Shown: piece by piece, positions 36,902-46,231 of the stretch | Position numbering within the stretch: the stretch's first letter is position 1 | How the letters are laid out: every line of letters starts with the position of its first letter | Source: a virus | Lineage: Duplodnaviria > Caudoviricetes | Length of the DNA: 64,000 bases | Reading direction: 5' to 3' (one strand) | Virus record (IMG/VR): IMGVR_UViG_3300005670_000019 | Notes under the pieces: generated by a model | What the model saw: the letters and a program-made list of their open reading frames with translations, nothing else | Database searches by the model: none | What the model was told of the DNA's origin: nothing | Program-made: the position numbers and the translations under genes

Positions 36902-39900
36902 TCACTGAAACTCAACACCGGAGTTTGTAACAATGAAGTCGATTGCAATAAATTCAACTGCCTTCACTGGTACAAGTCTGATTTGACAGTTCAAACGATT
37001 TGCATCTGCATCTGCTTGTGTATTGTTTCTGTTATCACAGATTACATCAAAGAACTCAATTCCACCATTTGTTTGAACTTCTGACAAAAGTCTACGAAGT
37101 TGTTCACTCAAACGCTGTCTAAGTTCTGGAGTGATCTGTTCCCAAATCAAACTATTTCCAATTCCGATGACTTGGCGCTTTAGGTCAAGAAGAAGACGCT
37201 TCACGTTGATACGTTGAAGAGCCGTTCTCTCATTGTCCAATGTATTTTGTGAGAAGATAACGTAACCTTCACGAGGGAACTTGACGATTGGGTTAATTCT
37301 AACATCGGCAAGTCTTTCCTGATCTGGTTGGTTGATACGGACAGTCGTTCTTTCAACAAAGGAAAGTGCTGCACGGTTGAAACCTGCTGGTGCATACCAA
37401 GGATATGCAACCTTGTCATTGAATCCGATTGCAGCAAATGCAGCGACGGAGGCAGGAACAACAACACGGCGTTGAGTGTTCATATCTGTAATGATGATGT
37501 TTGGGAAGTAAGGAGCAACATATGAGTTGTCCAATGCTCGAAGCTCAAACTGATCTGCTGTGTTTTGAACGTCAGCACGTGTTGAAGCCGAAGCATCACC
37601 TTCTCCATCGAAAACTCTTTCAATGTCAACGTTGTAAGATGGAACGTCCATCGTGTAAAGGATAAGTCCATTTGTCGCAACAGCGTCAGCAACATAATCC
37701 GTCACAAGAGGCTCTCTTTGTCCAGGCACAGCAAGAAGATTGATTGAAGATGCCAAAGGATCTGTCATAATGTCCGTTGCTGTACGGAATGCAAAGATAC
37801 TGTTGTTCAAGATACCTGTTGCATTTTGGTTGAAACCAAATCCTGGCGAAGTGAACGCAGCGTTTGCATTTCCAATGGTTGTTCCACGAGCTTCAGTTGA
37901 AGTTGAACGGTCATTGAATGTCGCAGCATTTTTATCAAGAATGTTTGTTCCATCAAATCCACCTGCCATAAGAGCTGTGAACTTCGTGAAATCAGAGAAC
38001 TTGTTGAAGTCGGCTGCGCTTGTTCCCTTATTCAAAAGAGTTGCAAATGTGACTCTTTGAAGAGTTCCGTCCGTAATCTTGTAAGATGAAACATCTGGTT
38101 CACCATCACGAATGTAAGCTGCCTGTCGAATGTGTGTTTCAACAGATGAAGTTACGTCTGCAAGATTTTGGTTGTAAAGAGCAACACGAGCAAGAGTGAA
38201 CTTGTTGCTATTGAATCTGTTCACAAAAGCTCCAGTTACAACTGTATCAAGCTTTGAAATACCGGCAAACTTGGTGTAACTCTCAACCAATGGGTTTGGT
38301 TCAGAGGAAACATTTGGGTTTACAACGTTATTGTTTCTGCTGTCCTTGACGCCCCAAAAGAGACGACGGTCTACAACTTCAAGATTGCCAGGCGCACCTC
38401 TCCAAGTTCCAGTTGTATCAACTGAACCACGAGTTAGTTTGAAACGATATGGCAATGGAGGAACAATTGCTCCAAGAAGTCTTCCTTCGCCTGAACCGGA
38501 AGCTCCAAGACGAATCGAGCCTGCTGAACCTGTGTTGTCAAGCAACGTTGGGTTAGTTGAAAGAACTTCGTATCCCTCATAACCAAAAGGCAAAGCCTCT
38601 GGTGGAGTAAATCCTGAGTTTAGGCTCTCATCCATCTCTACACGAATGTATTTGGACTGTCCTTGATGAATTCCATATTGTTGAAGTCTCTTGTCTCTTT
38701 CATCAACAACATCGAAGTTGAAAGAAGCGTAACTGTCACCAACAACTTTTGCAATGTAGTTGTCATCTGATGGATTCAATGAGAGATTATTGAACTGCTC
38801 AACGACTTGAGGTTCATAGTCGTTATCATCAAATGCACGAACAACCAAAGAGAAAGTTCCATACTTGTTTCTCAAATCTGTAGATTTCTTGACGTTTACA
38901 ATAGAAACTTTGTATTTGTTGTTTGCGTAAGCACCATCATCTTTTGAGAAAATCTTGAAAAGACGATACTCATTCTTACCGAATGGTTGAGAAATGAACC
39001 ATGGGGTTGATGGCGTTGTAAATCTTGTGTCGAAACGTCCAAAGAGCTGACGGAATGGAGAAGAAGTATCTCCACCTGTTGTGGTTGTATTTGCTGAACC
39101 TGATGCAAGGAAAAGGTCAGCCGAACCTGTGTTGATTGAAGCAAGTTCTGCATCAACAGCGTAATCTCCGTAAAGAACGTGATATTCCGTGCCAAACTTC
39201 TCTGGATTTGTGTTCAAAACTTTTGCGATGTAGTTTACACTTGTTGGATCAAGAGAAGCAGTAACAATTCTTACACCTGCAAATCCATCACTATTGGCGA
39301 ATGAAGTTCCAACGGATGTTGAAATTGCCAACTTGAATGAACGGTCAAATGCCCCTGATGGAGCTGCAAAGCTATCAAGGTCTTCACTGTAGCTTTGGTT
39401 CCAATCAAGAACTTGAAGTCTTGTGCCCGAAGCTGCAAAGAGAACACCACGAACCAAGAACACTTCGTCGCTTGCACCTGAAGAAAGGAACGAAGCATTA
39501 TCTGTGAACATTGGCATGCCGTATGCCTCAGAACCAGTTAGAACGTGCTTACCGCCGATGAAGTAAACAGATCCTTCGGCATCACCAGGGAAACGTGAAG
39601 AGAAAGATGAAGAAACCTTGAAACCGGCATTAGTTACAGTTCCTTGAGTTCTGGTTGTGTCAATATCAGCAATAGTTGTATTTGCACCAGCACCAAGAAC
39701 ACGAACGAAAGAAACAGCGTTCTTACTTTCAAGGAATTTTTGCACAGTATAAGTTGATGGATGTTTGCTATCCAACTCACCGAAAGTGGTTACGAAATCT
39801 GAGAAAGTTCCAACTACAACTGGAACAAATGCTGGACCTTTCAAAGAAGATCCGATCACACCTGCTGGAACGCCTGTTGGTTGTTGTGAGGTTCTTGTAA

Positions 39901-39952
39901 GGTCAATCTCTCTTGGATAAAATCCTGGAGTTTTGAAAATCTGGTCTGCCAT
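36902..39952 (-). CDS. gp18: tail sheath protein 1 (gp18-like)
   Basis: TPGFYPREID, GPAFVP, PWYAPAGFNR, RINVKRL, AVEFI. Confidence 0.92.
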   Translation of the reverse strand: MADQIFKTPGFYPREIDLTRTSQQPTGVPAGVIGSSLKGPAFVPVVVGTFSDFVTTFGELDSKHPSTYTVQKFLESKNAVSFVRVLGAGANTTIADIDTTRTQGTVTNAGFKVSSSFSSRFPGDAEGSVYFIGGKHVLTGSEAYGMPMFTDNASFLSSGASDEVFLVRGVLFAASGTRLQVLDWNQSYSEDLDSFAAPSGAFDRSFKLAISTSVGTSFANSDGFAGVRIVTASLDPTSVNYIAKVLNTNPEKFGTEYHVLYGDYAVDAELASINTGSADLFLASGSANTTTTGGDTSSPFRQLFGRFDTRFTTPSTPWFISQPFGKNEYRLFKIFSKDDGAYANNKYKVSIVNVKKSTDLRNKYGTFSLVVRAFDDNDYEPQVVEQFNNLSLNPSDDNYIAKVVGDSYASFNFDVVDERDKRLQQYGIHQGQSKYIRVEMDESLNSGFTPPEALPFGYEGYEVLSTNPTLLDNTGSAGSIRLGASGSGEGRLLGAIVPPLPYRFKLTRGSVDTTGTWRGAPGNLEVVDRRLFWGVKDSRNNNVVNPNVSSEPNPLVESYTKFAGISKLDTVVTGAFVNRFNSNKFTLARVALYNQNLADVTSSVETHIRQAAYIRDGEPDVSSYKITDGTLQRVTFATLLNKGTSAADFNKFSDFTKFTALMAGGFDGTNILDKNAATFNDRSTSTEARGTTIGNANAAFTSPGFGFNQNATGILNNSIFAFRTATDIMTDPLASSINLLAVPGQREPLVTDYVADAVATNGLILYTMDVPSYNVDIERVFDGEGDASASTRADVQNTADQFELRALDNSYVAPYFPNIIITDMNTQRRVVVPASVAAFAAIGFNDKVAYPWYAPAGFNRAALSFVERTTVRINQPDQERLADVRINPIVKFPREGYVIFSQNTLDNERTALQRINVKRLLLDLKRQVIGIGNSLIWEQITPELRQRLSEQLRRLLSEVQTNGGIEFFDVICDNRNNTQADADANRLNCQIRLVPVKAVEFIAIDFIVTNSGVEFQ

Positions 39953-40029
39953 TCTTGGGTTCCTTTTTCACGAAGACTAAATCTTGTCTTCCTTCTAATT
40001 AGGACTTGAATTGTCGTAATACTGCCGCT

Positions 40030-41247
40030 TCACTTATTCTTCAATACTATTTGCTGGATAAGTTCAAAATCGTTTGTGTAGAAAATCGACTCACCCTTTA
40101 GATTGAAACGTTGAAGAACTGGCACATATCGGAAAAACGTCTTTCCTGTCCTTTTATCTACAAATTCTTTCTTGACTAAATACTTCCTATCAGTTGTATC
40201 TTTCTGTTTAGTTTTCGGATTTTCTTGAATATCAGAAAGAATGAACTTGTCCTCAACTCCGAGAGCAACGGGCTCCCTCTCAAGGTTTTCTGATTTGTGT
40301 ACGTCATTCTCCATATTGTGGAAGTCAAATACAATGTCTGGAGCACTGATCCATTTTCTAACAGGCACAGGCTGCCCTGGGGCGTTCGTAGCAAGGATGT
40401 AGCCCTTTACTTTCATATTGATGGTGTATCTTAGGACACGGCGGTTATCTTTGAAGTCATCAAAGTTGTCACCACTTGCCATCTGATCTTCAACGTAAGC
40501 CAAGAACCAATAGCCTTTATCAGTATTTATTCGAAACATCTTGTCTTGAGGAAGATAAGAAGACATGAATGTTTCAATCATATAGGTCATGTGCTCTGTA
40601 AATGAAGTCCAAAACACAATCTCATAAGTTGCTGTAAAAAACTGAGGTTGTGGTATCGTATAGATTTCATAGATGTTTGCTGTTGATTTCAACTTCGGTT
40701 GAAGAAGTCCCCCTTGAATAACATCTTCTTCATACTGATCGATTCCCGTCTCTCTTGACGTTTCAGGAAGGTTCATATTTTCCAAGGCAAACTTGTTCAA
40801 ATAGTTTTGAAAGTCTCTGTCCTTGTCGGAAAGTTTCTTTGAAATCGTCAATGTACCTGTCTGTTGGTTTATTCCTCGACCATTGATATCCTCAGTGGTC
40901 TGTTCAATGCCGCGGCGTCTAATTGAGATAGCTGGAAGAATTATTCTTCCATCCTTATCTTTCAAAGGTTTCAGTTGTTTTGCTGTAGCAAATCTTTCTC
41001 CAGTTGCAAAGATAACACTTGGTTTCTTTACATCAACAGCTCCATTTGATGTCCGAACCTTAGCAATTGTAAATGGAATTTCACGATTGAATAGGTTAAA
41101 CATTCCTTCATCTGCATCAGTGATTCCGCATGGAGGAATGGTAAAATCAGTTGATGGAATATCCTCATATCCCGAATTCAAATGAGGTTTAGGGTCTGAA
41201 GGATCCCTTTCGATATTGAAACGAGTTGAGTTTTTGTTTTGAGACAT
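40030..41247 (-). CDS. tail terminator / sheath stabiliser (gp15-like)
   Basis: GERF, DKDGRIILPAISI, P....YE, position upstream of sheath. Confidence 0.7.
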   Translation of the reverse strand: MSQNKNSTRFNIERDPSDPKPHLNSGYEDIPSTDFTIPPCGITDADEGMFNLFNREIPFTIAKVRTSNGAVDVKKPSVIFATGERFATAKQLKPLKDKDGRIILPAISIRRRGIEQTTEDINGRGINQQTGTLTISKKLSDKDRDFQNYLNKFALENMNLPETSRETGIDQYEEDVIQGGLLQPKLKSTANIYEIYTIPQPQFFTATYEIVFWTSFTEHMTYMIETFMSSYLPQDKMFRINTDKGYWFLAYVEDQMASGDNFDDFKDNRRVLRYTINMKVKGYILATNAPGQPVPVRKWISAPDIVFDFHNMENDVHKSENLEREPVALGVEDKFILSDIQENPKTKQKDTTDRKYLVKKEFVDKRTGKTFFRYVPVLQRFNLKGESIFYTNDFELIQQIVLKNK

Positions 41248-41294
41248 ATCAATAAATAGATAAACCCCAAGAGGAATATCGATTTAGGATAATG

Positions 41295-41316
41295 AATGGA
41301 ACATAACCAATTAGAG
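41295..41316 (-). promoter_or_regulatory. 22-bp conserved upstream motif, copy 3
   Basis: CTCTAATTGGTTATGTTCCATT, 20/22 identical to copy 2. Confidence 0.55.
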
Positions 41317-41348
41317 AAGAGCTCAGACCCATGAGGGGTCATTCATTC

Positions 41349-42110
41349 TTATTGAGCCTGTTTCTTGGGAGGAGCAACAGTTGGAGCTTGATTTCCAGGG
41401 GTTTGTGCTGATGTTTTTGTTTTCACAGGTTTTCTAGTAGCACTGTCAGAACCAATCGACTTACCATCTTTTGCATACTCTGTATTTGCTGTGTTTTTGT
41501 CAAAACCATAATCCAAAAGAACAACACGACCATCTGGAGTTTTGCCCCAATGATCATGGAACTTCATATCACCACGAATAAGACCCTTCTTGACAAGGTT
41601 GTTGATAGCATTCAAGAAAATCAAGTCTTGTTTTGCTTTGACTTTCTGTTCAGGTGTTGACATTTTAGATTGATCAATGTCTGATGGTTCCCATTGATCA
41701 CCCATTGCATATCCGATAATCTCAGAAGAATATCCTTTGATTTTCTCAAACTCATTCCAAGATGTAAGAGGACGAACAAGTTGAGCCATGACCCAGTTAC
41801 CTTTTGGGTCACTGTTTTGAATTAAAGCAAGAGCAGGTTGCAGTGTTTTATCTTGAGCAAACTGAACTTCTGTTTTGTTTTGTGCAATGCCCTTTGAATT
41901 GGTTGCAAACTTCATAACAAAGCGATTACTCAAAAGAAAAACTTTTCTTGAAGATCCTTCTCCTAATACTTGAAACTGTTGTTCTAATTGCCGAAGCTGA
42001 TCAACGAAGGGCAAATTTTTCCATTGTTGGAAATTGAACTGTCCTTTGCTTTTCAGTTTCTCCATCAGAACCTCACTCTCGATTTTTTCGAATTCACGAA
42101 GGAACATCAA
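41349..42110 (-). CDS. protein kinase-like, paralog 3
   Basis: LGEGSSR, VMK, QN..E, RGD....HWG, LLDYG. Confidence 0.8.
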   Translation of the reverse strand: MMFLREFEKIESEVLMEKLKSKGQFNFQQWKNLPFVDQLRQLEQQFQVLGEGSSRKVFLLSNRFVMKFATNSKGIAQNKTEVQFAQDKTLQPALALIQNSDPKGNWVMAQLVRPLTSWNEFEKIKGYSSEIIGYAMGDQWEPSDIDQSKMSTPEQKVKAKQDLIFLNAINNLVKKGLIRGDMKFHDHWGKTPDGRVVLLDYGFDKNTANTEYAKDGKSIGSDSATRKPVKTKTSAQTPGNQAPTVAPPKKQAQ

Positions 42111-42146
42111 AACCTCTTTTGTAAATATTTTCTTTTATTTGCTGCG

Positions 42147-42977
42147 TCAGGCATTGAATGCATAAAAGTTGATATAAACTTCATCGTTCAAACCATAATC
42201 AAGAAGAACAACTCTTCCGTCTGGTGTCTTGCCCCAATGTTCAATTTTCCCCGCGTCGCCCTCTGACAATCCATACTTCTTTCTTGCATATTCAACAGCT
42301 TCTTTATATTTTTTGAACTGTTCAGTTTCTTCTCCGAGATCAGCACGGAGCATTTCAATGTTCAGTTCCAAACTTTTTATATTTTTTTGATAATGTTGAA
42401 TATTCTTTTGTATTTCTTTGATATCTTTGGGATTTTCTGTCAGTTCTAAACTCTTTTGCAAACTGATGATCATTTGTTTTATCATTTCAAGATCATCAAG
42501 ATATGTTTCAAGGCGTCCAAATCGATCCGAACCATCAAAGAGGTCGTAAAAATCAAATCCGGCAATCTTGATGAATTCTTTCGTGGAATTATCAAATTGG
42601 TCCATTGGTTTCACCAAATCGGAAACAAGCCACATCCCTTCAGGATTGTGTTTGTAAACCTTGGCAAGAATGTGAGAAACTTCAGGATCCTGTGACATTT
42701 GTGTTTCGAGTTTGTTTTGGGCGAAACCTGCTTTATTCATTGCAATTTTCAAAACATATCTAGATGATAAAATGTAAACGGCTCGTGAAGATCCTTGACC
42801 TATCTTTTCAAGACTTTCTTTTGCATAATGATTTGCTACTGACCACTTTTCGCTATCAATCTGTTGGAATTCTTTGAAATTGAAGGAACTGTTTTGAGTG
42901 CCTTTTCTGCCTCTCAACTTCTCTTCAATGTCAGTTTGTTCCATTAGTTGCTTAAATCTTTTATCGATAAAATTCAT
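42147..42977 (-). CDS. protein kinase-like, paralog 2 (coiled-coil insertion)
   Basis: IGQGSSR, VLK, QN..E, EGD....HWG, LLDYG; start set at MNFIDK. Confidence 0.8.
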   Translation of the reverse strand: MNFIDKRFKQLMEQTDIEEKLRGRKGTQNSSFNFKEFQQIDSEKWSVANHYAKESLEKIGQGSSRAVYILSSRYVLKIAMNKAGFAQNKLETQMSQDPEVSHILAKVYKHNPEGMWLVSDLVKPMDQFDNSTKEFIKIAGFDFYDLFDGSDRFGRLETYLDDLEMIKQMIISLQKSLELTENPKDIKEIQKNIQHYQKNIKSLELNIEMLRADLGEETEQFKKYKEAVEYARKKYGLSEGDAGKIEHWGKTPDGRVVLLDYGLNDEVYINFYAFNA

Positions 42978-42979
42978 TG

Positions 42980-43678
42980 CTACATTCCTAGATAGTGTTC
43001 GTCCCAAACGTCAAGAGAAAGACCATAGTCTAATAATACAATTCTACCAGAAGCAGTAATTCCCCAATGGTCATCATATGCGATATCGCCTCCATGTAAA
43101 CCGTATTTGATTGCTTCTTGAACGCCCTTGAACGTTTCAAAAAGTTTTTTGAAGTTTATTTTGTTTACATTTTCGCGATATCCTTGTGCCAACTCTTTCA
43201 AAACCGCCTCAGTTGGTACAGTTTTTTTAAAAAGGATTTTGTTCAAAACATAAAAGAAGAAAGTTTTGGTACATCCAAAAGCTCGAAGATAATCTCTGTT
43301 ATGCGCTTCTTTCACAATCTCGCAAACAAGCCATCTATAGTTGCTATCAAAGTCATAAATTTCTGTAAAGATTGACTTCAAATCTGGATTTGTGAAAACT
43401 TCAACTTCATTTTTGTTTTGAGCTACACCCTTCAAAGAAGCTAATCCTATTGGACCTGCTCCAAGAGCGGATTTCAACACAAAACGTGAGGATAAAACGA
43501 AGGCACATCTGGAAGATCCCGCTCCGAGCCATTGAAGCCGTTTTTGAGCATAGGTGTTCGCTTCTTCCATATTGTTTTTTTCTGCAAGTTTTTTGAACTC
43601 ATTCCAATTGAAAGACTTTGAACGAATTTTTTCTAAAAGCGTGTTCTTTTGAACTTGTTTGTAAATCTCATCAAACAT
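42980..43678 (-). CDS. protein kinase-like, paralog 1
   Basis: LGAGSSR, VLK, QN..E, HGGD....HWG, LLDYG. Confidence 0.8.
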   Translation of the reverse strand: MFDEIYKQVQKNTLLEKIRSKSFNWNEFKKLAEKNNMEEANTYAQKRLQWLGAGSSRCAFVLSSRFVLKSALGAGPIGLASLKGVAQNKNEVEVFTNPDLKSIFTEIYDFDSNYRWLVCEIVKEAHNRDYLRAFGCTKTFFFYVLNKILFKKTVPTEAVLKELAQGYRENVNKINFKKLFETFKGVQEAIKYGLHGGDIAYDDHWGITASGRIVLLDYGLSLDVWDEHYLGM

Positions 43679-43679
43679 G

Positions 43680-45068
43680 TCATGCTTTCTTTACGATTGA
43701 TACAGCATCAACAATGCCTGTTGCAATTTCAACTGCCTTTACAGTAGAGGCTGCACCTTCTGCTGTTGCAAGTGCTGCTGATGTTGAGTGCAACAAACCC
43801 GAAATACCTTCTGCCGCAAAATAAACAAGAAGAAGTTTGTAAATGAGTGATTCAACTTTTTGTTTTGCGTGTTGTTTGTTTTGTGAGTAGTCTGCAAATT
43901 CAAGGAATGTCTTTGACGTCTTGAAGCCCTTTGCCCAAGCTTTCTTGTAGATAACATAAGAAAGTCTGTCAGGAATAATTATGTCAATTCCTTTTTCCTC
44001 AATCTTGTGAGCCACATGATATGCATGTTCAATCGCATGAGAAGTTTTTTCAAGACCTAGGAACTTTGAAAACTTGTAAAGACCTTTCAAAAGTAATGGA
44101 ATTCCTCCCATTATTCCAAGAACCAATCCAACAACAGTCGTTACTCCAAGTGCTTCATTCAGCGGTTGTGAAGCTTTGTCTGCGGAGTATTCAGCGATTG
44201 TTTCGTTTAGAATTCCTGTAAGTTGAATTGCAAAAGCTTCTTGAACACCTCTTTGGTTCTGAGGAACTTGCTGTCCTTGATTTACAACGTTACTTACCTG
44301 AGCTTTCAATCCATTTATTTCTTGTGAAGCTTCTTTGACTTTATTTGTAAGGTTTTGAGCAATTTGCATTGTGTTATCAATGGGAAACTTTTCACCCGTT
44401 TCCTTTTCAGCTTCATTTTTTATATCAACAATGAATTGAAGTTGAGGTTTCAACTTTGCAAGTTCAGGAGCTTTCTTTTGAATAATGCCTGATAGATTTG
44501 CGACAGCCGAACGCAACGCTCCTTGAACTTTCTCCCAACCTTGGCTTACACCTTGTTTTGCAGAAGCAACAGCTTTTTTGATTAGGTCAACAAGACCTTC
44601 ATTTAGATTTTCTTTCTTTGTCATTGTGCCTCCTACCAATTTCAAACTCTTTATCGCTGATGGATCCCAAATGCATCCTGATGCAACGTCCCAAGGATAG
44701 TACCATGACATTTCCAGTCTCATACTGTGAATATATGGGCAAATTTCAATGCCTGAATATTGACTAGCTACTTTTTTCCAATCTGGCGTCAGAGCATATT
44801 TTGGAATTTTAGATCCAGAATTCATTCCAAAATTTCTTACAAAATCTTTTAGTTCTTTCTCACTGCGAATCGTCAGTATTTTTGAATAATCAACTTCAAT
44901 TTGATAGATGTATTTTTTTGGGATTTTGTAACCTTCTGCTTTTGCCCAGTTTTCCCAATCATCTCCACAAGAATACCAAAAACCATCCGGTTTAGGTGGA
45001 AAATTATTTGTTTGCTCCGCAGCGCGGACCCGTTCAATAGGTTTTGGTGAAAAGTGTAAAAGTTTCAT
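43680..45068 (-). CDS. fusion: ART-like N-domain + helical/membrane C-domain
   Basis: LLHFS..PKPDGFWYS..YSGIE..WDVASGCIW; internal AGGAGG+ATG 44624; LNE sites. Confidence 0.55.
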   Translation of the reverse strand: MKLLHFSPKPIERVRAAEQTNNFPPKPDGFWYSCGDDWENWAKAEGYKIPKKYIYQIEVDYSKILTIRSEKELKDFVRNFGMNSGSKIPKYALTPDWKKVASQYSGIEICPYIHSMRLEMSWYYPWDVASGCIWDPSAIKSLKLVGGTMTKKENLNEGLVDLIKKAVASAKQGVSQGWEKVQGALRSAVANLSGIIQKKAPELAKLKPQLQFIVDIKNEAEKETGEKFPIDNTMQIAQNLTNKVKEASQEINGLKAQVSNVVNQGQQVPQNQRGVQEAFAIQLTGILNETIAEYSADKASQPLNEALGVTTVVGLVLGIMGGIPLLLKGLYKFSKFLGLEKTSHAIEHAYHVAHKIEEKGIDIIIPDRLSYVIYKKAWAKGFKTSKTFLEFADYSQNKQHAKQKVESLIYKLLLVYFAAEGISGLLHSTSAALATAEGAASTVKAVEIATGIVDAVSIVKKA

Positions 45069-45074
45069 TTTTCC

Positions 45075-45785
45075 TCAATCATCGCTGTAAATAAATGGAG
45101 TTGACTCATTGTCAAATGTATTTGTTTCATCTGGCTTTTCATCATCCAGAACAATTTCTCTTGGACCTTCACCGAGAGCAATAGGAGCCATTTCTCCTGC
45201 AAGTCTATCTCTGATTTGTCTGAAGTCATTTGTTTCTTCATTGTTTGGAGTTACAGGAAGACCTCTTTGCTGACTCCAAGTTTTTTCAACGTCACTATTT
45301 GCAAACTCCTTGGCATCGACAGAAGGTCCATTGAAGTTTTTAGGATTGAAGACGTCAGAAGAAACAGTTTTTGCAATAATCTTATATCCGTTCTCATACT
45401 CTTCTTGACCATACAAATTAGAGAGTTGAACATAAGAAACGATTTCAAATGCACTATCACCATAAGTGAAGAAATCTCCCTCACTTATTTTTATATCTTT
45501 GTCCATCAAATCTCTTGCTTGTAAAAACAGTTCAAGAGTTGTATCAATGGAAGAACCAAAGATATCAGCAACACTTTCCTTTTTTGGTTGTCCGATCAAA
45601 CAATCAAGTTTGACTGGAGACTTGAAAACCTTTTTGATAGCTTCCTGATAAACAGGATGTGTTTGTGTTCGTTCAACATCAACAGCGTAATAGTAGATGT
45701 ATTGACCAATAACATCCTTGATCAATTCTTTTGTGATATCATTGATGAATGCAATCTCTTTACGTGTTATGAATAAACGAGCCAT
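45075..45785 (-). CDS. neck / head closure protein (gp14-like)
   Basis: ELIKDVIGQ, Y.EA..K.F..P, EGDFF.YG...FEI. Confidence 0.75.
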   Translation of the reverse strand: MARLFITRKEIAFINDITKELIKDVIGQYIYYYAVDVERTQTHPVYQEAIKKVFKSPVKLDCLIGQPKKESVADIFGSSIDTTLELFLQARDLMDKDIKISEGDFFTYGDSAFEIVSYVQLSNLYGQEEYENGYKIIAKTVSSDVFNPKNFNGPSVDAKEFANSDVEKTWSQQRGLPVTPNNEETNDFRQIRDRLAGEMAPIALGEGPREIVLDDEKPDETNTFDNESTPFIYSDD

Positions 45786-45799
45786 GACATTTCAACCTA

Positions 45800-46231
45800 T
45801 CAGTGAACAGGTGTTGTATTGTAGTGGAGATTCAAAAGTCTTCTTGAAGCAGAACCAACTGATCCACCAACGATTTGAAGAATTGCAATCAATCCTCTTT
45901 CATCAATACCTTGTTTTTTTGCTTCGTCTTCAATTGCACGAAATAGATGACCAAGTTTTGCGTCGTCATGGAAATTTTCCTGATTGACAAACTGCTGCAT
46001 TGGTTTCTTCATTTTTGCACGAAGTTCAACAGCTTTTTGTCCCTTTGGGTCTTGTCCCTTGGTTATGTTTACCAACATTCTTGCTGCTTCTCTATAAGGA
46101 GCCAATTCTTTTTCTTTGGCTGCACCTGGCACTGGAGCAGGTTGTTTTCCTTGAGGACTTTGAGGTTGAGCTTGAGGAGAAGTTGGTTGAACTTCTCTTT
46201 CAAAGATTAATTGTTTGATTGTTTTCATCAC
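45800..46231 (-). CDS. putative internal head protein (MKTIKQLIFE tag)
   Basis: Second tag type. Confidence 0.55.
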   Translation of the reverse strand: MMKTIKQLIFEREVQPTSPQAQPQSPQGKQPAPVPGAAKEKELAPYREAARMLVNITKGQDPKGQKAVELRAKMKKPMQQFVNQENFHDDAKLGHLFRAIEDEAKKQGIDERGLIAILQIVGGSVGSASRRLLNLHYNTTPVH

